In this document: piece by piece, positions 48,050 to 55,754 of the stretch | Layout of the letters: every line of letters begins with the position of its first letter | How positions within the stretch are numbered: position 1 is the first letter of the stretch | Source: Gemmatimonadota bacterium | GTDB lineage: Bacteria > Gemmatimonadota > Gemmatimonadetes > Gemmatimonadales > GWC2-71-9 | NCBI GenBank assembly: GCA_034440415.1 | Contig: JAWXBX010000122.1 | Coordinates: 1 to 58,344 of the forward strand | Length of the DNA stretch: 58,344 nt | Reading direction: 5' to 3' | Notes under the pieces: generated by a model | The model's input: only the letters and a program-made list of their open reading frames with translations | What the model was told of the DNA's origin: nothing | The model's database searches: none | Program-made: the position numbers and the translations under genes

Positions 48050-50605
48050 TTAGTGTGTTCCCGGGGAAACCATCCCACCGGCATCGACGGCGGGGCCAGT
48101 GACGCCCCATGCAGTCAGATACCCATGCTGCCCCAGCTCGCGGAACAGCCGATCCGCCATGTACTGGTGCCCCTGCACGCTGGGATGCTTGTCCCACTCG
48201 GACATCCGCAGCAACTCCTCGTTCTGGTCCTCGAAGTCCATCATGTCGATGAACGGGAGGTGGTACTTGGTGGCGAGCGCGAGCCCTTCCTCCTTGCCGG
48301 TCTCCATCTCGGTCGGCTGCCGCACGTAAAGCAGCGCCAACGGCAGCTTGTGTGCCGCCACCACGTGGGCCACGATTCCCAGAGAGAGATCCAGGAAGGC
48401 CTCTCGCTGGGGCATGAGCACCTTCATGTTGGTGGGCGAATTCTGGCTCGCCGTGAAACCCAGACTGTCCAGGAACCGCTTGACCTCGGGGAACACCGGG
48501 TCCACGCCGAGCTTGAGTGCCCGCTCGAGCGAGAGGATGCCCGCCCCCCGGTCTGGCCCGGGATGGAACGCGAACAGGACGAGGTCGGGATCGAAGGGGG
48601 GCACCTTCGTATCCAGCACCCAGGCCCGTTGCCACACGCCGGAGCGCGCGACACCAAAGTTGAGTACCTCGATGTGATCGTACTTGCCTCGGGTATTGCG
48701 GGCGTTCAGCTGCTCCTCGAGGATCGCCTCGAAAGTCTGGTCGTTGGCGACACCGCTGCCCATCACGTCACTCGGCCCGACCACCGCAATGCGGAAGGTG
48801 CGGGGCGGCTTCGTCAGGGTGTAGGGGCCATCGCGGAGGCCGAAGTCGTTGGTGGCGAACCGGACACCGCGCCACAGGGTATCGACGTTCGGGGCGAGGG
48901 CGCCGAGCAGGGGGGTCGAGGCCTTCTGCCAGAGGCTCGACGTCTCGAACTCCTCGATCCGCTCACGGCGGCGCGCGGCATCGGCCGCCTGCAGCTCATT
49001 GGTCTGGGAACTCCCCAGGTCGAGTTGCTCATAGTAGCCCCGCAGCAGCGATCCTTCGTCCCGGCGGTTGAGCCGGTTCTCCCTGAGGGTCGCCAGGAAA
49101 TCCCGCCTGGCCTGGCTCAGCATCCCAGGGAGCGACGGATTCGCCAGGATGGCGAGGACCGCCGTGGTCGCCAGGGTGATCATGAGGGACCGGCGAGCTT
49201 CCTGTCCTTCCGTTCCAGGACCGCGCGCCACTTTTTCCAGCACGCCAAAGCGGGCACCGCCAAGCCCGATCCCGGTAGCCGCCACCGCGACGAATATCAC
49301 GACACTCTTCAGATTCCACACCAGCGCGGCATCCCAGATTGTGAGCCACTCGGCGATGGAGCCCGCCGACCAGAAGGACCAGAGGAAACAGAGGGTGCTC
49401 ATCGTCGCCAGGACCGAGAGGCCCCGGCTGAAGCTCCAGAGGGGCACGGCCACCTTGGTGCGCGGCTTCTTCAGTTCTTGAACCGCCTGGTAGGTGATCA
49501 ACGTGCCCAGCACAGCGTAGAACGAAATATCCTGGACCGTGAACAGTGGCGCGCCCCGCAGCCAGAACCACATCCACGAATGCCCCAGCCAGGTCACGAG
49601 GAAGACCAGGGCGAGGGACACGGTGGTGACGAATGCAGGGGAGCGTCCCCGCAGCCGGAAATACATCGGATAGTACACCAGCTTGATGGTCGCGTCTCGC
49701 CAGTAGATGTTGTTCCGTCGGAAGAGATCGGTGAATCCGGCCGACAGCCAGTAGAGATGATTGGTCTCCGGCAGATGGAATCCGAAGAGGTGCAGCAGGC
49801 CGATGGCCAGGTGGAACGTGCCCGACAGCCGCAGGTAGACCATGAAGCTCGTCAGGACGTACTGCAGCAGGTCGCCGGCATTCACCACCTCGGTGGCATC
49901 GAGGGTGAAGTGGTGGTAGACCAGCCGGTAGATGACGATCTGCAGCAGTCCGCGGGCCATCCAGTGCAGCCCGCGCTGGTAGATCCGGTAGGCGTCGGTA
50001 TCGAAGTAGGTCCGCTCGTACGTCTTGAAGTCCACCGCCGGGAACAGCGGCATGCAGACATTCGGCAGCAGGAAGAAGTAACTCAGGCTCCGCGTGAGCG
50101 GCGGCGGTTCGGCGGCGTGAGAGAGGTCATACAGATAGAGCACCATCCGGATCATGAACATGCTGCCCAGCACCGGCCAGACGCCGTTCGGCACCCCGTT
50201 CGGCAGCAGCTCCCCGCGGAGGATGATCATCACGGCGACCGCCGCACCGACCAGCGCGAGACGGTAGCCGAAGCGGATCGGGAGATAGGTGAGGCCGACC
50301 AGCGGGAGACCCAGCCCCAGCAGCCAGAGCATCGGTGTCGTCCCGAGCACCACCTGGATGCCGACCACCGACAGCAGCAGGAAGAAGCCCAGGCGATACC
50401 GCATCGGGAGGAGCGCGTGAATGACGAAACCGATCAGCGCCAGCACCATCAAATTGCCAAACGGCTTGGAAATCACCTCAAGCGCGCGAGTCAGCCCGAC
50501 CAGCAGGCCTAGCTGCACCCCAACTCCGAGCACCACGCGCACCTCGGCCCAGTTGAGCCGGGCGCTTGGTGCGTCGTCTGAAGCGACCGCGACCGCGTTA
50601 CTCAT
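48050..50605 (-). CDS. MBOAT-family membrane O-acyltransferase fused to a C-terminal SGNH/DltD/AlgX-like domain
   Basis: N-terminal region of about 470 aa: SGTFHLAIGLLHLFGFHLPETN...FRRNNIYW...TWLGHSW resembles the AlgI/DltB core. C-terminal region of about 380 aa has VVGPSDVMGSG and WDKHPSVQGH blocks. ATG 50605 has an AGGAG SD. The track start 50758 is rejected. Confidence 0.85.
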   Translation of the reverse strand: MSNAVAVASDDAPSARLNWAEVRVVLGVGVQLGLLVGLTRALEVISKPFGNLMVLALIGFVIHALLPMRYRLGFFLLLSVVGIQVVLGTTPMLWLLGLGLPLVGLTYLPIRFGYRLALVGAAVAVMIILRGELLPNGVPNGVWPVLGSMFMIRMVLYLYDLSHAAEPPPLTRSLSYFFLLPNVCMPLFPAVDFKTYERTYFDTDAYRIYQRGLHWMARGLLQIVIYRLVYHHFTLDATEVVNAGDLLQYVLTSFMVYLRLSGTFHLAIGLLHLFGFHLPETNHLYWLSAGFTDLFRRNNIYWRDATIKLVYYPMYFRLRGRSPAFVTTVSLALVFLVTWLGHSWMWFWLRGAPLFTVQDISFYAVLGTLITYQAVQELKKPRTKVAVPLWSFSRGLSVLATMSTLCFLWSFWSAGSIAEWLTIWDAALVWNLKSVVIFVAVAATGIGLGGARFGVLEKVARGPGTEGQEARRSLMITLATTAVLAILANPSLPGMLSQARRDFLATLRENRLNRRDEGSLLRGYYEQLDLGSSQTNELQAADAARRRERIEEFETSSLWQKASTPLLGALAPNVDTLWRGVRFATNDFGLRDGPYTLTKPPRTFRIAVVGPSDVMGSGVANDQTFEAILEEQLNARNTRGKYDHIEVLNFGVARSGVWQRAWVLDTKVPPFDPDLVLFAFHPGPDRGAGILSLERALKLGVDPVFPEVKRFLDSLGFTASQNSPTNMKVLMPQREAFLDLSLGIVAHVVAAHKLPLALLYVRQPTEMETGKEEGLALATKYHLPFIDMMDFEDQNEELLRMSEWDKHPSVQGHQYMADRLFRELGQHGYLTAWGVTGPAVDAGGMVSPGTH

Positions 50606-50779
50606 CTCGCTCCTTGCATGGCCTGGCACAGCAGGACTGTGCCAGAGGCAGAACGGCGCCGGGAGACTCCAGGCGCATCGTGGTCCGGCAGCCGACCGGA
50701 CTTGGGCAATTGAGAAAGACAGGGCGAACAGCGCCAAGCCATCCCGGGAAGGGAGCACGGCGCTGAGGTCTCATGACCT

Positions 50780-50795
50780 AGCGATTCTCATGCCA
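50780..50795 (-). promoter_or_regulatory. Sigma-54 -24/-12 promoter candidate for the MBOAT/carrier-protein/A-enzyme operon
   Basis: The minus strand reads TGGCATgagaaTCGCT (GG 50794-93, GC 50782-81). It lies about 175 nt upstream of ATG 50605. Confidence 0.4.
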
Positions 50796-50940
50796 GACAC
50801 GCACTGACACGAGCATAGGTAGGTATCTGTAGCACAGAGACTTGGACGATGTTCAGCGGATGGGTCTATCGCGCAATTCGGTATGTGGCAAGCGTGCCGC
50901 AGAGCCGGGCCATCACCCTGCCTCCGCCGTCATCGGCGGG

Positions 50941-52095
50941 TCAGAGGCCGAGACTCCGAGCGATCAGGTTGCGCTGGATGTCGCTGGTGCCGGAGTACAG
51001 GGTTCCGCCGACCGCGTCGCGCAGTTCGCGCTCCACCTCGTACTCCGTCGTGTAACCGTAGCCGCCCCGCACCTGCACGGCATCGAGGCAGGACTGCACC
51101 ATGGCCTCGCCGAGGTAGAGCTTGGCGATGGCGGCCGGCGCGCCGGGTGCCGTGTTGGTCTGCTTGGCCCAGGCAGCCTTATAGAGAAGGAGCCGGGCGG
51201 CCTCCAGCCGGACCTTCATGTCGACGATCCGATGCGAGACCGCCTGGAAGTCGCCGATCGGCTTGCCGAACTGCTTTCGCTCGCGGGCGTAGCGGACCGC
51301 GTCCTCGATCAAACGCTCGAGGGTGCCGAGGTTGCTGGCGAGGATGCAGCCCCGCTCCCATTCCATGGAATCGTTGAACAGCTGCACCCCGCGGCCTTCC
51401 CGGCCGAGCAGATTGGCGGCCGGCACCCGCGCCCGGTCGAAGACCAGCTCCGCCATCGGCGAGGTTTTGAGCCCCATTTTGCCGATCTTCTTGCCCACCG
51501 TGAAGCCCGGAGTAGTGCGCTCGACGAGGAACGCGGAGAGCCCAAGCGCCCCTTTGGCACGGTCAATGGTGGCAAAGACAAGAAAGAGATCCGCCACCGG
51601 GGCTTCGCTGACGAACGTCTTGGTACCGGTCAGCACGTAGTGGTCCCCATCCCGCGCCGCCGTGGTGCTGAGCGCGAAGGCGTCGGAGCCGCTGTCAGGC
51701 TCACTCATCCCGTGGGCCCCGATCCACTCGCCGCTGTTCAGGCGCGGGAGGTAGCGACGCTTCTGCTCCTCAGTCCCGTGGCGGAGGATCGGCATCTGCA
51801 CGCTCCACATCTGCGCCGCCAGGGCGAACAGGAGCCCGTTGTCCCGACAGGCGTACCCCAGCGCCTCCATGCCGAGGATGGTGGTGAGGATGTCCACCCC
51901 GCCACCACCGTACGACTCGGGAAACGGGAGCCCCTGAATCCCGAATGCGCCGCACTGGGTCCACAGATCGCGTGAGAACTCTGCAACATGATCTCGTCGG
52001 ATGAGGTCATCCTGTAGAGCCTTCTTGCCGAATTGAATGACCGTGTCACGGAACTCGAGTTGCTCCTGGCTCCAGGCGAAGTCCATATTGCTCAA
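50941..52095 (-). CDS. Acyl-CoA dehydrogenase-family flavoprotein (candidate acyl-carrier-protein dehydrogenase)
   Basis: 384 aa. ...WIGAHGMSEPDSGSD...GGYGYTTEYEVERELRDAV...LYSGTSDIQRNLIA. Full-length ACAD architecture. Confidence 0.9.
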   Translation of the reverse strand: MSNMDFAWSQEQLEFRDTVIQFGKKALQDDLIRRDHVAEFSRDLWTQCGAFGIQGLPFPESYGGGGVDILTTILGMEALGYACRDNGLLFALAAQMWSVQMPILRHGTEEQKRRYLPRLNSGEWIGAHGMSEPDSGSDAFALSTTAARDGDHYVLTGTKTFVSEAPVADLFLVFATIDRAKGALGLSAFLVERTTPGFTVGKKIGKMGLKTSPMAELVFDRARVPAANLLGREGRGVQLFNDSMEWERGCILASNLGTLERLIEDAVRYARERKQFGKPIGDFQAVSHRIVDMKVRLEAARLLLYKAAWAKQTNTAPGAPAAIAKLYLGEAMVQSCLDAVQVRGGYGYTTEYEVERELRDAVGGTLYSGTSDIQRNLIARSLGL

Positions 52096-52187
52096 TGGGT
52101 TGGCGTAATCCAGGCCTGCGGTGTCGTCGGCGACGAACAGCTGGGACCTTTGCAGTATCCGTGCGCGTCATCCCGCGAAGGGAAAAG

Positions 52188-52195
52188 TGTATAAT
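52188..52195 (+). promoter_or_regulatory. Extended -10 (TGTATAAT) sigma-70-type promoter candidate in the divergent ACAD/halogenase gap
   Basis: TGtATAAT at 52188-52195 in a GC-poor patch. No convincing -35 box. Confidence 0.3.
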
Positions 52196-52206
52196 GTTTG
52201 GCCAGA

Positions 52207-52222
52207 AGGCATGGAACGTGCT
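52207..52222 (+). promoter_or_regulatory. Sigma-54 -24/-12 candidate upstream of the halogenase/ABC operon
   Basis: AGGCATggaacGTGCT: GG 52208-09, GC 52220-21. It lies about 120 nt upstream of ATG 52344. Confidence 0.3.
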
Positions 52223-52343
52223 AATATGTCCGGTCGATTCGACACCAAGAAGCCCCACAACTGTCGCTGCCCGCTGACGGACCGGAACAGGGTCGGCGGA
52301 GTGGTGTGCGCCAGCCGATTGGCACTTTTCCCCGAGGCACTCG

Positions 52344-53609
52344 ATGACGTTGACGACCGATGTGGCCATCATTGGCGGTGGACCCGGTGGATGCACCGCC
52401 GCCATGTTTCTCGCCCAGCGAGGAATCCGATCGATCATCATCGAAAAGGACGAATTCCCCCGGTATCATATCGGCGAATCTATGACGGGGGAATGCGGTG
52501 GCATTCTCCGCCGGCTGGGGCTCGGCGAGAAGATGATCCAGGCCAGGCACCCGCAGAAGCAGGGTGTGAAGGTGTACGGTCCTTCCGGCCACGGACACTG
52601 GTATGTCCCGGTCATGCGCCGCAATGAGGCGGGGAACCTGGAGGCGATCAACACCTTTTCCGTTCGTCGCAGCAGTTTCGACCGGATGATGCATGACGAG
52701 GCTGCCGCCCGGGGCGCGGAAATGCTCCGTGCCGAGGCGATTCGGCCGCTCTGGGCGGCCGACGGTCGGACCATGACCGGCGTCCGGGTCCGTCTGCCCA
52801 GCGGCGTGGAAGAAGATGTGCGGGCCCGGGTCACGCTGGACATCACCGGCCAGAAGACCTTCTTCGCCCATCAGAACGTCTGCTCCGAAAAGGTGCCCGG
52901 CCGCTACGACAAGCAGGTGGCGGTCTTCTCCCATGTCGCCAATCCCATCCGGGATGACGGCTCCTCCCGCCAGAACCACCCCGACAATACCCTCATCTTC
53001 TACAAGGGGAAGTTCCACTGGTCGTGGTTCATCCCGCTCGATCATGAGACCGTCAGCGTCGGGGTCGTGGCGCCGGGAGCATATTTCGCCGCCCAGAAGG
53101 AGAGCAAGGCGGACTACCTGCGGCGCGAGTTGCGGGAACTGAACCCCGAGCTCGCCCGGCGCGTCGTCGACAATGCGCTGACCGAGGAAGCCCGGGCCAT
53201 CCCCAACTACTCCTATCACAGCCGGACCTTCACCGGGCCGGGCTGGATGTGCATTGGCGACACCCACCGGTTCATCGACCCGATCTTCTCCTTCGGCCTG
53301 TTCGTCTCGATGAAGGAGGCGGAAGAATCGGTTCCCGTCATCGCCCGCTTCCTGGGCAACGAGCATGTCGGCCCGGGGAATCCCTTCCACGCCCACATGG
53401 AGCGGCTCGAGCGGGGCCTGGACCTGACCCAGGACCTGATTGACGGCTTCTGGGAGAATCCGCTCGGCTTCGCCCACCTTTTGCACCGTGGGACTCATCA
53501 GGACGACATCACCGACCTCTTTGCCGGCCGGATCTACATGGATGAGCCCTCGGGTGGCGTGCTGGCACTCAGAAAACTGGCGCAGGCAGGACTCGCCAAA
53601 GCAGGCTGA
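52344..53609 (+). CDS. Flavin-dependent halogenase homologue (CndH/PltA-like)
   Basis: GxGxxG VAIIGGGPGG. FPRYHIGESM. Lys motif HPQKQGVKV. WxWxIP motif FHWSWFIPL. GDTHRFIDPIFSFG. Confidence 0.8.
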   Translation: MTLTTDVAIIGGGPGGCTAAMFLAQRGIRSIIIEKDEFPRYHIGESMTGECGGILRRLGLGEKMIQARHPQKQGVKVYGPSGHGHWYVPVMRRNEAGNLEAINTFSVRRSSFDRMMHDEAAARGAEMLRAEAIRPLWAADGRTMTGVRVRLPSGVEEDVRARVTLDITGQKTFFAHQNVCSEKVPGRYDKQVAVFSHVANPIRDDGSSRQNHPDNTLIFYKGKFHWSWFIPLDHETVSVGVVAPGAYFAAQKESKADYLRRELRELNPELARRVVDNALTEEARAIPNYSYHSRTFTGPGWMCIGDTHRFIDPIFSFGLFVSMKEAEESVPVIARFLGNEHVGPGNPFHAHMERLERGLDLTQDLIDGFWENPLGFAHLLHRGTHQDDITDLFAGRIYMDEPSGGVLALRKLAQAGLAKAG

Positions 53610-53820
53610 CCGCTGGAGATCGCTCCTCCCCTGATGGACGGCGGGGAGGGCAAGCTCGGTGTCACATGGACTGGTAGGTCAGGAGCGCGGATTCGCCGAT
53701 CATGGACGGCCCGATGGCGGGATGATGACGAGTCGCGCCACTTCTGGCATGCGGCGATCAGCACTAGCTTGAAAGGTTTCCCCGCCGCCGCGGACACGCC
53801 CGATCCAATGGAATAGTCCG

Positions 53821-55002
53821 ATGACCACTCCCGCGTCACCCGGCGTACCGATCCCGTCCCGCCGCGCCCCCTGGCGGAAGTACCGCCTCGCCCTGCTGGC
53901 CGGCGGCGTCGCCGCCTGGTTCGCCGTCGTCACCATTACCCACCAGCGCTCCGAGGCTCGGGCCCGAGGCACCAACAAGGGCGCCAAGGAACTGCTGCAG
54001 ATTGGCGCCCTGCCGGTCACGTGAAACCTCACCATTCCCATCGCCTGTAGGGCGATGAGCATTGAAGGCAAGCCGATCGACGCCAGCCTCGGGATGGACG
54101 AGTCCGGTGCGGGCATGGCAGGCATGGACATGCCGGGGATGCCGATGCCCGGGGACACCGCCCCGCCCATGCCGCAGGTCGCCGAGTTCGTGCGCTATGG
54201 CGGGTGGCCGGAGCTCAAGGAGGCGATGATCTCGGGACGGCTGAAGGCGGCGATGCTGCTGGCGCCGATGGCCATGGACCTGGCCAGCAAGGGGATTCCG
54301 GTGAAGGTGGTCGCCCTGGGGCACCGCTCCGGCGCGGTGATCATGGTGGGGAAGGATTCACCCTACCACTCGTTTGCGGACCTGAAGGGCAAGCGCGTCG
54401 CCATCCCCAGCCGATTCGCGGTGGATCATATCTTTGTCCGCAAGATGATGGCCGCAAGCGGCATGCACGATGGCGACGTGACCCTGATCGAGATTCCACC
54501 TCCAGACATGCCCGCCGCCCTGCTCGCGGGCGCCGTAGATGCCTACGCGACTGGCGAGCCGTTCGGCGCCAAATCCGAAATGGCCGGCTACGCCCGGGTG
54601 CTCTACATGACCCGCAACGAATGGCCCAATTACATCTGCTGCGTGCTGACCGTGCGGGAGGAGCTGATCCAGTCCGACCGGAAGCTGGTCCAACTGCTGG
54701 TGGATCACGTGATGTCGGCCGGGCAGTGGCTCGACAACTCGCCCGCGCACCGCATCGCGGCCGCTCACATCGCTTCGGAAAAGACTTTCTTCAACCAGGC
54801 ATTTGATCTCATCCGCTGGGTCATGGAGCGCCCGGCGGATCGGGTGACCTACGGCGACCTGCGCCTCATCCACTCGGAGTTCGACAGCCTCATGCATCTT
54901 GCCGTAGATGCGAAGATGTTTCCCGACACCATTCCCTACAGCGTCTACATCGACGAGAGTTTCATGCGGAATTTCCGCCTGGTGGAGATTCCGATCAAAT
55001 GA
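53821..55002 (+). CDS. NitT/TauT (NrtA/SsuA-like) ABC substrate-binding protein, with the reading frame interrupted by an in-frame TGA at 54022-54024 (Sec/Cys recoding candidate or pseudogene)
   Basis: Track ORFs 53821-54024 and 54055-55002 are in the same frame. The upstream piece supplies the signal anchor (YRLALLAGGVAAWFAVVTI) and the first strand LQIGALPVT. The read-through gives T-*-NLTIPIACRAMSIEGK... The downstream piece has no signal peptide. Confidence 0.6.
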
Positions 55003-55754
55003 CGCACCTTCGTCGCGCAGGCCCGTTCCTGGTGATCGCAGGCTTCATCGCTCTCTGGTGGCTGGGCGCCTCGGATAGCGTCATCTTCCCCACACCGGGT
55101 CAGGTGGCCACCGCCCTGGTCGAGCTGGTGCGCGAGGGCACCCTGATCCGGCACGTCGCGTCGTCACTCTACCGCGTGACCCTCGGCTATGGACTGGCGC
55201 TCCTCCTGGGCATCCCCGTCGGCAGCCTGATGGGATGGTACCCCGGCATCTACCGCGCCCTGAACCCGATCGTGCAGCTCCTGCGGCCGATCTCGCCGAT
55301 CGCGTGGATTCCGCTGGCCATCCTCTGGTTTGGCGTGGGAGACAGTTCGCCGATCTTCCTGATCTTCCTGTCATCGTTCTTCCCGCTGGTCGTCTCGACC
55401 ACCGCTGGCGTGCACCTGGTCGAGCAGCAGTATGTCCGTGCCGCCAAGAATTTCGGAGTCACCGGTCTCGAGCTCTACCGCCGGGTGATCTTTCCCGGCG
55501 CCCTCCCCAGCATCATCACCGGCATGCGCGTCGGACTCGGCATCGCCTGGCTCGTGGTGGTCGCGGCGGAGATGGTCGCCATCAACTCGGGGCTCGGCTA
55601 CCTCATCATCGACTCGCGCAACGCCGGCACCCGGTACGACCTGGTCGTGGCCGGCATGGTGATCATCGGCGTTATCGGCTTCATCCTCGACATCATCATG
55701 CGTCGCCTGGAAACCCTGGACGAGGTCCGCTGGCGCTATGGCACCACGCGCTAA
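54999..55754 (+). CDS. ABC transporter permease (NitT/TauT family)
   Basis: 6 TM helices. EAA-type loop ...[31 protein letters not shown]... ATGA overlap with the binding-protein gene. Confidence 0.9.
   Translation: MTHLRRAGPFLVIAGFIALWWLGASDSVIFPTPGQVATALVELVREGTLIRHVASSLYRVTLGYGLALLLGIPVGSLMGWYPGIYRALNPIVQLLRPISPIAWIPLAILWFGVGDSSPIFLIFLSSFFPLVVSTTAGVHLVEQQYVRAAKNFGVTGLELYRRVIFPGALPSIITGMRVGLGIAWLVVVAAEMVAINSGLGYLIIDSRNAGTRYDLVVAGMVIIGVIGFILDIIMRRLETLDEVRWRYGTTR

Noticed and set aside
50886-50901. Plus-strand sigma-54-like box TGGCAAgcgtgCCGCA.
   Set aside because: It points into the 3' end of the minus-strand ACAD gene, and there is no plus-strand gene for 1.4 kb. This is probably chance.
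53625-53649. 7-bp hairpin (CCTCCCC…GGGGAGG, 11-nt loop) just after the first halogenase gene.
   Set aside because: No U-tract follows, the loop is large, and the downstream genes look co-transcribed. It is not called as a terminator.
53634-53816. 60-aa ORF in the halogenase/binding-protein gap.
   Set aside because: It has no SD sequence and no motifs, and its composition resembles random GC-rich translation.
54022-54024. TGA used as a general sense codon (alternative genetic code).
   Set aside because: TGA clearly terminates many genes here, as shown by the repeated ATGA/GTGA stop-start junctions. Any read-through would have to be local.
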